From the NCBI GenBank assembly GCA_011389855.1, contig JAABTM010000004.1, positions 1 to 51,635 of the forward strand: DNA of 51,635 nt, read 5' to 3'. The notes below the pieces were generated by a model. That model ran no database searches. It saw only the letters and a list, made by a program, of their open reading frames with translations, and was not told the origin of the DNA. Position numbers and translations under genes: made by a program. The stretch's first letter is position 1, and every line of letters begins with the position of its first letter. This DNA is from Desulfobacteraceae bacterium. GTDB lineage: Bacteria; Desulfobacterota; Desulfobacteria; Desulfobacterales; JAABSP01. This document shows, one piece after another, positions 32,809 through 40,885 of this stretch.

Positions 32809-34586
32809 ATTCCCTATCCTTCGGTACAGGCATGCCTCCGGCGCTGATTTTCATCATCGGCGCGCTGTTCATCCCCCTGCTCAGGGGCCGGGTCAAATCC
32901 GCCTTCATGCTGCTGCTTCCGTTGGCGGCTTTTTATGTGCTTCTGACGGTCCCGGAGGGGATGCACTGGCAGTTCCGGCTGCTCCACTACGATCTGACCC
33001 TCGGCCGGGTGGACCGGCTCAGCCGGGTCTTCGGGTACATCTTCACCCTCATCTCCTTCATTTCGCTGATCTACGCACTGAAAGTCGACGACGACCTGCA
33101 GTACGTCTCCGGCCTCTGCTATGCGGGCGGCGCCCTGGGCGTCACCTTTGCCGGGGATCTCTTTACGCTCTATATTTTCTGGGAAATCATGGCCGTGGCC
33201 TCCACGTTCCTGATCCTGGCCCGGCGGACAAAGGCCGCCCAGGGGGCGGCGTTTCGTTATATTCTCGTCCATATGTTGGGCGGTTTGTGCCTCCTGGCCG
33301 GCATCGTCCTCTATGTTCACCGGACCGGAACCATCGCGTTCGGCCACATGGCGCTGGCCGGGGCGGACACCTGGCTGATCTTCATCGGCATCGCCGTCAA
33401 CGCGGCCATCCCGCCCCTCCATCCATGGCTTCAGGACGCTTACCCCGAGGCCACGGTGGCGGGGGCGGTCTTTCTGAGCGCCTTCACCACCAAGAGCGCC
33501 GTCTACGTCATGGCCCGGACCTTCGCCGGCACGGAATTGCTGATCTGGCTGGGGGCGCTCATGACGGTGATCCCCATCTTCTACGCGGTGGTGGAAAACG
33601 ACATCCGGCGGGTGCTGGCCTACAGCCTCATCAACCAGGTGGGATTCATGATGTGCGGCATCGGCATCGGGACCCAACTGGCCATCAACGGCGCCGTGGC
33701 CCACGCCTTCTGTCACATTCTTTACAAGGCCCTGCTCTTTATGGCCGCCGGGTCGGTGCTCCAGATGACCGGCAAGATTCGATGCACCGAACTGGGCGGG
33801 CTTTACAAAACCATGCCGCTTACCTGCTTTTTTTGCATCATCGGGGCGGCCTCCATCGCGGCCTTTCCCTTTTTCAGCGGATTCGTGAGCAAGTCCATGA
33901 TCGTGAGCGCCGCGGCTTACGGCCATCTGGCCGTGGTCTGGCTGATGCTCCAGTTCGCATCGGCCGGTATCGTACCCTATGTGAAGGTCCCCTATTTTGC
34001 CTTTTTTGGCCATGATTCGGGCATTCGGGCGGAGGAACCGCCGTTTAACATGCTTGTCGCCATGGGCATGGCCGCTTTTTTGTGTGTGTTGATCGGCGCA
34101 TTCCCCCAGCCGCTCTATCATATCCTGCCATATCCGGTTGATTATGCGCCGTATACGGTTGTCCATGTGGTGGATAAGCTTCAATTGCTCATGTTCGGGC
34201 TGCTGGCATTCTGCCTGCTGATGCTGTCGGGCTGGTATCCCGCGGAAATGCGGTCCATCCATCTCGATGTGGATTGGTTCTACCGAAAAGGGGTACGGGT
34301 TCTCTACCGCCTGATAGATCAGGGATTGAACCGCCTCAATGCGGTTTGTGATGAACTCTTCGCCCGAAAGCTGCCCGGACTTCTGGCCTGGATCGCCAAG
34401 GACGGGCCGGCGCTGCTGATTGTTTTATTCGCTTCGCCGTTTAAAGCCATGAGCGGTGCGGGGGAAGAGGAGATGGATGACTATAAACGGAAGATCCATG
34501 CGACCTTCGATACGCTTTCCATTCCCATCGGTCTAGGGGCGGCCGCGGCGGCCTTGTTTGTGGTCTTGCTGGTCTGGGTCAACTGA
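32805..34586 (+). CDS. NuoL/MrpA-D-like antiporter subunit, copy 3
   Basis: 593 aa. PPLHPWLQDAYPEATVAGAVFLSAFTTKSAVY, FPFFSGFVSKS and an extra C-terminal extension. Confidence 0.85.
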   Translation: MNSLSFGTGMPPALIFIIGALFIPLLRGRVKSAFMLLLPLAAFYVLLTVPEGMHWQFRLLHYDLTLGRVDRLSRVFGYIFTLISFISLIYALKVDDDLQYVSGLCYAGGALGVTFAGDLFTLYIFWEIMAVASTFLILARRTKAAQGAAFRYILVHMLGGLCLLAGIVLYVHRTGTIAFGHMALAGADTWLIFIGIAVNAAIPPLHPWLQDAYPEATVAGAVFLSAFTTKSAVYVMARTFAGTELLIWLGALMTVIPIFYAVVENDIRRVLAYSLINQVGFMMCGIGIGTQLAINGAVAHAFCHILYKALLFMAAGSVLQMTGKIRCTELGGLYKTMPLTCFFCIIGAASIAAFPFFSGFVSKSMIVSAAAYGHLAVVWLMLQFASAGIVPYVKVPYFAFFGHDSGIRAEEPPFNMLVAMGMAAFLCVLIGAFPQPLYHILPYPVDYAPYTVVHVVDKLQLLMFGLLAFCLLMLSGWYPAEMRSIHLDVDWFYRKGVRVLYRLIDQGLNRLNAVCDELFARKLPGLLAWIAKDGPALLIVLFASPFKAMSGAGEEEMDDYKRKIHATFDTLSIPIGLGAAAAALFVVLLVWVN

Positions 34587-34621
34587 GAAGGCGCTGTCCC
34601 AAATGCCATAAAGGAGACAAT

Positions 34622-35104
34622 ATGATCAGCCGGGATGAACTCAAACGGATCGTTATGCTGGGCTATCTCAAGGATGAGATGCTGGATAAGCTTTGCCCTG
34701 TTGTGGATGTCCTTAATTTCAGCGAACGGGAATACGTATTCCGGCAGGGCGACGTGGCCGACCGGTTCTACATGCTGAGACGAGGGAAAATTCTGTTCGA
34801 GCAGCGGATATCCGATAAAATGACGTTGTCCATGGGCGGCGTCAAGCCGGGATATTCTTTTGGATGGTCCTCGATGCTGGATGTGCAATTTTATAGTACG
34901 GACGCCGTCAGCGCCGAGCCGAGCGAGGTTTTTTCCATCATTGGGCGAAAGCTCAAAAAACTGCTCGAAGAGGATCATCAGATGGGTCATATCTTTTCGC
35001 AAAGATTGCTGCGGGTCATGAAAAGCCGGTTGGATCATCGAACGGAGCAGTTTACGCGGGTGATTCGGAACCATCCCGATCTCCGGTCCCTTTTCGACGA
35101 GTGA
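34622..35104 (+). CDS. stand-alone cyclic-nucleotide-binding-domain protein
   Basis: 160 aa with a cNMP-binding fold pattern (F.EREYVFRQGDVADRFYMLRRGKILF). The phosphate-binding cassette looks degenerate (FGWSSML...YSTDAVSA rather than FGE...R(S/T)A). Confidence 0.65.
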   Translation: MISRDELKRIVMLGYLKDEMLDKLCPVVDVLNFSEREYVFRQGDVADRFYMLRRGKILFEQRISDKMTLSMGGVKPGYSFGWSSMLDVQFYSTDAVSAEPSEVFSIIGRKLKKLLEEDHQMGHIFSQRLLRVMKSRLDHRTEQFTRVIRNHPDLRSLFDE

Positions 35105-35187
35105 TGGGCGATTATCGGGGAATAGCCCAGCGGGAACCGGGAAGAAACGAGTGATGGGGCTGGAATGGAAAGTCGGGTTGACGCCCG

Positions 35188-35814
35188 TCATGCATTTTTA
35201 AACTTCAAATAGAACTTCACCATTTCAGAGGCCGTGTCGATATCGAGCTTGTTCATGTTGAAAACAAAATGGTAAAGGTTCGGATCGTCATAGTCTTCAC
35301 GCCCGAAACACCGATAAAGGTTTCTCCGGCGCTTGTCCTGCTTTTCCACCACCAGGGCGGCCTGCTTCCTGGAGAGGCCGTACTGTTTCTCCAGGAACGT
35401 GATTCGATGCGCCAAATCGGCCAGCATGAGAATGTGAACGGCATTTGGGTGGTCTTTGAGGATGTACTGGCCGCCTCGCCCGATGATCACCATGTCCCCG
35501 TCTTCAGCCATGCGTCCGATGATTTTATGGAGCAAGTTCACATAAATGCGTTCGTCGATATACCCTTTTCCGTGCTCTGAGATGCGATCCACGTAGTTTT
35601 TACGGAACGGTCCCATGCCGGAGATGTAGCGGAGAAGCGTCCCTCCCGCTTCGTTTTCGATGGATTTGACCCAGTTGGGCGAGACCCTCGCCTCATGCGC
35701 CACCCGCTCGATGATGTCCTCATCCACCAGGGTATAGCCCAGTTTTTCGCTGATCAAGTTGCCCAGGGTCCTTCCGCCGGCGCCGAACTGCCTTGAAATG
35801 GTGATGGTGGCCAT
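35188..35814 (-). CDS. cytidylate-kinase-like family protein
   Basis: 208 aa. P-loop-like ITISRQFGAGGRTLG. Confidence 0.7.
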   Translation of the reverse strand: MATITISRQFGAGGRTLGNLISEKLGYTLVDEDIIERVAHEARVSPNWVKSIENEAGGTLLRYISGMGPFRKNYVDRISEHGKGYIDERIYVNLLHKIIGRMAEDGDMVIIGRGGQYILKDHPNAVHILMLADLAHRITFLEKQYGLSRKQAALVVEKQDKRRRNLYRCFGREDYDDPNLYHFVFNMNKLDIDTASEMVKFYLKFKNA

Positions 35815-35913
35815 GGCGTCTCCTTTTTGTCAGGCGTTTTCAAAAGAGTAAACGGTGTACGCTAGGGATGAGTTTAAAATAGGTTCCGGGTTTGATCAAC
35901 CCGTTTTTTAAAC

Positions 35914-35952
35914 GAGAAGGCCGGCTTGAATAAAAATCAAGCCGGCCTTCTC
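35914..35952 (-). terminator. 16-bp perfect hairpin ending the Fo operon
   Basis: GAGAAGGCCGGCTTGA-ataaaaa-TCAAGCCGGCCTTCTC, 37 nt after the atpF stop. No long U-tract follows. Confidence 0.6.
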
Positions 35953-35988
35953 GATTAAGCGGGGTAGAAGAAGAGGGGAAGGATGAGG

Positions 35989-36567
35989 TTATTCCGGGGT
36001 CGTGGCCGTCAGGTACTGTTCGACGATTTTCCGGTCGTCCTCTTCGGTGATCTCTTTGGGCAGCCGCTCCATGGCCTTTTCGATGGCCGCGTCGATGAGT
36101 TCGGACCGGAACGTCGCCTTGGCCTGGACGATCCGGGTTTCGATCTTCTGTTTGGCGGTGTGCAGAATCAGCCGGCTTTGTTCCTGAGCGTCTTCGATGA
36201 TCTCCTGCTTCTTTTTCTCGCCCTGCTGTACGATCTTCTTTTTGAGCGCCTCGAAGCGGGCGTCGCTCTGGTCGAGGATGCGGTAAGTGTCGTTGATCTT
36301 GGCCATCACCGCTTTCTTCTTCTCCTCGATGTCGCCGATTTCACGGGCCAGTTCCGCTTTGCGGCCCGACAGAAAATCCTTGATGGGTTCTTTGCCGAAT
36401 TTCACGATAACAAAGGCCAGTATCCCGAAATTGACCCACATCATGATCAGGTCATAGGTCGAGCGCCAGTTTCCGGATGCTTCGGCGGCCAAGGCGTCGG
36501 TGCTTGTTATCAAAATTGGCAGCACCCAGGCGGTGGTCGTCAGGATAATCCGATGCCTTTTCTTCAT
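35989..36567 (-). CDS. atpF: F-type ATP synthase subunit b
   Basis: 192 aa. N-terminal TM segment and a long charged helix. Position in the operon supports the call. Confidence 0.8.
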   Translation of the reverse strand: MKKRHRIILTTTAWVLPILITSTDALAAEASGNWRSTYDLIMMWVNFGILAFVIVKFGKEPIKDFLSGRKAELAREIGDIEEKKKAVMAKINDTYRILDQSDARFEALKKKIVQQGEKKKQEIIEDAQEQSRLILHTAKQKIETRIVQAKATFRSELIDAAIEKAMERLPKEITEEDDRKIVEQYLTATTPE

Positions 36568-37025
36568 TTGCCGATCCTCCGGTCCAGGATTTTTTCCATG
36601 ATCCGCATCGACAGCTCTTCCGACTCCTTTTGAATGGATTTCCTTGCCTCGGCGAGCTGGCCCGCCACCTCTTCTTCGGCCTGATCCTTGAGTTCCGCCA
36701 CCTCTTTCCGAACGGCGGAGAATATCTCTCCGGCCCGATTGCCGCCGGCCTCCTCCACATCTTTCCGGAGAGCATGGGCCTGTTCGCGGGTGGCCGCTTC
36801 CTGACGATCAAGAAGTCGCGAGACTTTGTTCAATTCGCTTTCCGTTTCGATGATCTCGTTCTGAAGGGTATCGATGTATTCCGTTCTTTCCGCCATCACC
36901 CCCTCCAGGGGCCGAAACATCAACCGGTTGATCAGGAACAGAAAAATCAAAAAGGAGAGAAGCTGGACGATTAGCGTCTCATTGATACTGATCAGGGCTA
37001 TATTGCTGACGATTTCCATTGGCAA
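36564..37025 (-). CDS. F-type ATP synthase subunit b'
   Basis: 153 aa with the same architecture. The stop overlaps the atpF start. Confidence 0.75.
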   Translation of the reverse strand: MPMEIVSNIALISINETLIVQLLSFLIFLFLINRLMFRPLEGVMAERTEYIDTLQNEIIETESELNKVSRLLDRQEAATREQAHALRKDVEEAGGNRAGEIFSAVRKEVAELKDQAEEEVAGQLAEARKSIQKESEELSMRIMEKILDRRIGK

Positions 37026-37051
37026 AATATTCCCTTGTTATGGAGAGAGGA

Positions 37052-37300
37052 TCAAACGACGAAAAGCAACAACAGCGCAATAACCAGGGAATAGATGCCG
37101 GTGGACTCCGAAACCGCCTGTCCTACGAGCATGGTTCGGGTTAACAGGCCGGCTTCTCCCGGATTTTTGCCGATCGCTTCGCATGCTTTAGCGCCGACCA
37201 TTCCTTCACCAACCCCGGGGCCGATGGCGCCCAAACCCATTGCCAAACCCGCGCCAAGAAAAGAGGCCGCTTTGATCAGATCGATACCTTCGATTGCCAT
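37052..37300 (-). CDS. atpE: F-type ATP synthase subunit c (single hairpin)
   Basis: 82 aa. [18 protein letters not shown] ... [23 protein letters not shown]. Strong GGAGG SD. Confidence 0.93.
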   Translation of the reverse strand: MAIEGIDLIKAASFLGAGLAMGLGAIGPGVGEGMVGAKACEAIGKNPGEAGLLTRTMLVGQAVSESTGIYSLVIALLLLFVV

Positions 37301-37334
37301 GATTACCTCCAGATGATAAGGTTAAAATAAGGTT

Positions 37335-38309
37335 TTAAATTAAGAATATAAGCGCTAACGCTATGACCATGGCATAAATGGCCGTGGATTGTGAGACCGC
37401 TTGTCCGACGAGCATCGTTCGCATTAATACCGCTTCCTGCCTGACGTTTCGTGCAACCCACCCCACGGCGCTTTGGGCTGTCATGCCGTTGCCGACGCCG
37501 GGGCCGATACCGCCGAAACCGATGCAGAGGCCGGCCGATACCAGGGCAATGGATGCGGCCAGTGTTTCCGACGGCGCATAGGATTTGAACATCAGCACGA
37601 AGCTGATCAAGAGACCGAAAATCGAGGGCGTCTGGGCGACGGCTTGTCCGACCAGCATGATGATCGTGACATTGGCCGAGGTGAGCGGTTGCCTGGCCGA
37701 GCCCTGACAACTGGCCCCGGCGGCGAGTCCGCTGCCGAGCCCCGAGCCGATGGCGGCGAGGCCGGTGGCGAAACCCGCGCCGAGCAAAGCCGCCGACGTC
37801 GGATGCAGAGGCGCGCCGGAGTAGTTGATAAACATCAGCATAAACGACACGACCATGGCAAAAATGGCCGGCGTTTGACTGACGGCGGAGCCAATCAGCA
37901 TATTGGTCGTGAGATTGCCTTTCACGGCCGGCTGGCGCGACACGCCCTCGCATGCTTCACCTGCTGGAAAGCCCGACCCGACGCCGGATCCCATGGCGCC
38001 GAATCCCATGCAGATGCCCGCGCCCAACAATGCCGCGACGGAAATGGGCGCCGCCGCTGAAAAATTGGAAAACAGGAGTATCACGCCGATGACCAGCGCG
38101 AAGATCGCCGCGGTTTCGGCGACCGCCTGCCCCACGAGCATCAACTTGAAAATATCGCCGGAGGAATCGGGGCTCCTCGCAATGGCGTCATTGGCTTTGG
38201 CGGCGGCGAATCCTTCACCGATCGCGGCGCCGATGGCGCCGAGCCCCATAGACAGTCCGGCGCCGGCAAACGCCGCCACTTTTACCCAGGATTCAATATC
38301 GTTCAACAT
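37335..38309 (-). CDS. fused four-hairpin (about 8-TM) ATP synthase c subunit
   Basis: 324 aa uninterrupted. It consists of four tandem c-subunit hairpins: 38061..38309, 37821..38060, 37578..37820 and 37338..37577. Each has a Gly-rich helix 1, a polar loop (ARSPD, SRQPA, ARQPL, ARNVRQE) and helix 2 L(V/I)G(Q/S)AV(A/S)(E/Q)(T/S). Confidence 0.85.
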   Translation of the reverse strand: MLNDIESWVKVAAFAGAGLSMGLGAIGAAIGEGFAAAKANDAIARSPDSSGDIFKLMLVGQAVAETAAIFALVIGVILLFSNFSAAAPISVAALLGAGICMGFGAMGSGVGSGFPAGEACEGVSRQPAVKGNLTTNMLIGSAVSQTPAIFAMVVSFMLMFINYSGAPLHPTSAALLGAGFATGLAAIGSGLGSGLAAGASCQGSARQPLTSANVTIIMLVGQAVAQTPSIFGLLISFVLMFKSYAPSETLAASIALVSAGLCIGFGGIGPGVGNGMTAQSAVGWVARNVRQEAVLMRTMLVGQAVSQSTAIYAMVIALALIFLI

Positions 38310-38312
38310 AGT

Positions 38313-38987
38313 TCAATTTACCTGTACCGAAATGTAAACCAGGGTGAGCATCGTGAAAACAAACGCCTGTATTGCTCCGATGAATATGACGAAAAACGCG
38401 TTCAAAAAGGGCGGCAACACCAGGCTGAAAACCAGGTGGGAGACCACCAAAACGATGATGGAACCGCCCATGATGTTTCCGAACAAACGAAAGGAGATGG
38501 AGATGACTTTGGAGAGTTCGCCGATGATATTCAGGGGCGCCATAAAAAAGATCGGCTGGAAATAGGCTTTTGCGTACTCTTTGAATCCCTTTTGTTTAAT
38601 TCCCGCGTAGTGGGCGATGACAAACCCCATCAGGCCAAGGCTCAAGGGGGTGTTGAGATCTTTCGTGGGCTCATGCATATGAGGAAAAAGACCCATCCAG
38701 TTGCAAAACAAAAGGAACATGAAAAGGGCGCAGATAAGCGGTCGATACGCTTTTCCCCGTTCTTGATCGAGGGCGTCTTCCGTCAGCGCGTAGAGCTGGG
38801 ATACGAATAGTTCCCCGAGCACCTGGAAGGGTCCGGGCAGCCGGCTGCGATTCCGGGACGCCAGAAATCCGAAGACCAGCATTGCGGCTATGGCGATCCA
38901 TGTCATGACGATAACGTCCAGATTGAAGGTCAAATCGCGTCCCATAAACGGCACGATCAACTGGTGTATCCTTCCGAGGTCTTCCAT
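38313..38987 (-). CDS. atpB: F-type ATP synthase subunit a
   Basis: 224 aa. Conserved Arg region ISISFRLFGNIMGGSII. Confidence 0.9.
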   Translation of the reverse strand: MEDLGRIHQLIVPFMGRDLTFNLDVIVMTWIAIAAMLVFGFLASRNRSRLPGPFQVLGELFVSQLYALTEDALDQERGKAYRPLICALFMFLLFCNWMGLFPHMHEPTKDLNTPLSLGLMGFVIAHYAGIKQKGFKEYAKAYFQPIFFMAPLNIIGELSKVISISFRLFGNIMGGSIIVLVVSHLVFSLVLPPFLNAFFVIFIGAIQAFVFTMLTLVYISVQVN

Positions 38988-38999
38988 GATGCAGTTTTC

Positions 39000-39392
39000 C
39001 TAAACCTGTTTTTGGCCCGCGCGGGTCGGTAAGAGGATGGTTAATATGTGATCGCTGACAATAACGAAAGGGATTGAAAACAGACCAATGACGACGCCGA
39101 GGAGGTCAATGCCGGCCAGCTTGATGGAAGCCACGAGGGGAAGGGCCATCAACCCATAACGGAAAAAAATGGAGCCTATGGAGAAGAAAAACGTCTTTGC
39201 TTGTGAACGGTTCATCCGCATGGAAATCGACTGCGCCATGAGGATAAAATTGATGATACTGAACAGGGTCCCGAGGATCATGCCTTTGCCCATGGGCTTC
39301 AGGTCGGCAAGTATCAGAACACCGCCTGCGACGATAGCCAGCGTCAGGGCTGTGGAACAGTACCGCTTCTGTGTGCTTCTAATCGGCTCCAT
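39000..39392 (-). CDS. atpI: ATP synthase protein I-like membrane protein
   Basis: This is the track ORF trimmed to the ATG at 39392. Four TM segments, and its position upstream of atpB supports the call. Confidence 0.6.
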   Translation of the reverse strand: MEPIRSTQKRYCSTALTLAIVAGGVLILADLKPMGKGMILGTLFSIINFILMAQSISMRMNRSQAKTFFFSIGSIFFRYGLMALPLVASIKLAGIDLLGVVIGLFSIPFVIVSDHILTILLPTRAGQKQV

Positions 39393-39678
39393 TTTGCGAG
39401 GATGTGTCCTCCTCCTTTTCCTCGATGACCTCAAGAATCTGACGGTAGGAGACGTTGGCGCCGCCGATTACCCCCAAAATGATGGATATCGTCGTGAAGA
39501 CGCCCCGGGTCCCGGCCCATTTGTCGATGGTCCATCCGATAAAAAAGCAAAAGAGAATGGAACCTACCATGGTGAGGCCCAACTGCATGACGACGGACAG
39601 ATTTTCTGTCCAGGCGCGGTTCTTTTTATAATCGAAAATTATAGATCCCGTCTCCTTAATTATCTTACTGCCGGGCAT
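39379..39678 (-). CDS. AtpZ/AtpI-family small membrane protein
   Basis: This is the track ORF trimmed to the ATG at 39678. LGLTMVGSILFCFFIGWTIDKWAGTRGVFTTISIILGVIGG resembles the AtpZ family. Confidence 0.6.
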   Translation of the reverse strand: MPGSKIIKETGSIIFDYKKNRAWTENLSVVMQLGLTMVGSILFCFFIGWTIDKWAGTRGVFTTISIILGVIGGANVSYRQILEVIEEKEEDTSSQNGAD

Positions 39679-39859
39679 TAGGTAACAAAAGCGGCAAAGG
39701 TCTGTCAAGCAGATAATTGGCCTCCACCGAAGAGCGATGACCCGCCTTCCGCAAGGTACTGGGATAAATCCAGGCCTTTGCGGATGAAAAAGTGTTTGTA
39801 ATCCGAAGACATTCATTTTAAAATACCTTTTTGGTCAGATCAGGGAGGCGGGTGAATTC

Positions 39860-40864
39860 ATGAAGATTTCGGCAGCGGAGCGGCTTCGCCGTTTCTACGA
39901 ACAATTTTCGGGCACGGACCAGGTGCTGGTGATCGTCAACGCCGATCCGGACGCCATCGCCAGCGCCATGGCGGTCAAAAGGCTCCTGTGGCGAAAGGCG
40001 GCCGGGGTGACGCTGGCACATTTCAATCCCATCAAGCGGCCCGACAACATCGCCATGATCCGTTTGCTGGGGGTCCGCCTCCACTATTTAAAGGAGATCG
40101 GGAAAGACCGGTTCACCCGCTTCGTCGCCGTCGATTCACAGCCCTCCCACAACGAGGAATTCTCCGGGTTCAAGTTTCATGTGGTCATAGACCACCACCC
40201 GCGCACCGAGGTGGACGCCCCGTTCGTGGACATCCGGCCCGACTACGGGGCCACCGCCAGCATGATGACCGAGTATCTCCGGGCCGCCCGGATCAAGCCC
40301 TCGGGCAAGCTGGCCACCGGGCTTTTCATCGGCATCAAAACCGACACCCACGATTTCGAACGGCCGGCCTGCATCGAGGACGTCAAGGCTTTTCAGTTTC
40401 TCTTCCGCCACGCCAATATCCATCTGGCCCGAAAGATCGAGCAGTCCGACCTTCGCCTTGATTTCCTCAAATATTTCCGGTATGCCCTCCACCACCTCTG
40501 CATGAGGAAGGGGCGGGCCTTTGTCCATCTGGGCCCGGTGATGTCGCCGGACGTCTGCGTGGTCATCGCCGATTTTTTCATGCGGGTCAATCCGGTCAAA
40601 TGGAGCATCGTTTCGGGGATCCACGAGGACCGGCTCATCATCATCTTCAGAAACGACGGCATCCGGAAAAACGCCGGGCGGATCGCCAAATCGAGCTTCG
40701 AACACCTGGGGTCGGCCGGGGGGCACCGGAGCGTGGCAAGGGCCGAGCTGCCTCTGGAGAATCTCCGGTCCCTGGTGGCCGTTGCCGACGATAGAAAGGT
40801 GGCCCAGTGGGTCATCGACCGGGTCGAAAAAAAAACACAAAGGAGAAAAGACCGACTTCCATAA
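39860..40864 (+). CDS. DHH-family phosphoesterase (NrnA-like)
   Basis: DHH motifs NADPDAIAS, VDS, VIDHHP and GIKTDT. Confidence 0.75.
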   Translation: MKISAAERLRRFYEQFSGTDQVLVIVNADPDAIASAMAVKRLLWRKAAGVTLAHFNPIKRPDNIAMIRLLGVRLHYLKEIGKDRFTRFVAVDSQPSHNEEFSGFKFHVVIDHHPRTEVDAPFVDIRPDYGATASMMTEYLRAARIKPSGKLATGLFIGIKTDTHDFERPACIEDVKAFQFLFRHANIHLARKIEQSDLRLDFLKYFRYALHHLCMRKGRAFVHLGPVMSPDVCVVIADFFMRVNPVKWSIVSGIHEDRLIIIFRNDGIRKNAGRIAKSSFEHLGSAGGHRSVARAELPLENLRSLVAVADDRKVAQWVIDRVEKKTQRRKDRLP

Positions 40865-40885
40865 GGAGGCGGTCGGTCGACCGAA

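Noticed and set aside
28007-34262. Long minus-strand ORFs across the Mrp genes (28007..29419, 29554..30885, 32814..34262), and the plus off-frame ORFs 31017..32342 and 32774..34015
   Set aside because: They are highly charged, Arg/Gly/Asp/His-rich translations opposite to or out of frame with clearly membrane-protein-coding frames.
35983-38337. ORFs antisense or off-frame to the Fo genes (35983..36633 +, 37303..37953 -, 37473..38060 +, 37903..38337 +)
   Set aside because: The atpF, b', c and c4 frames have clear family signatures. These alternatives are Arg/Gly-rich or low-complexity.
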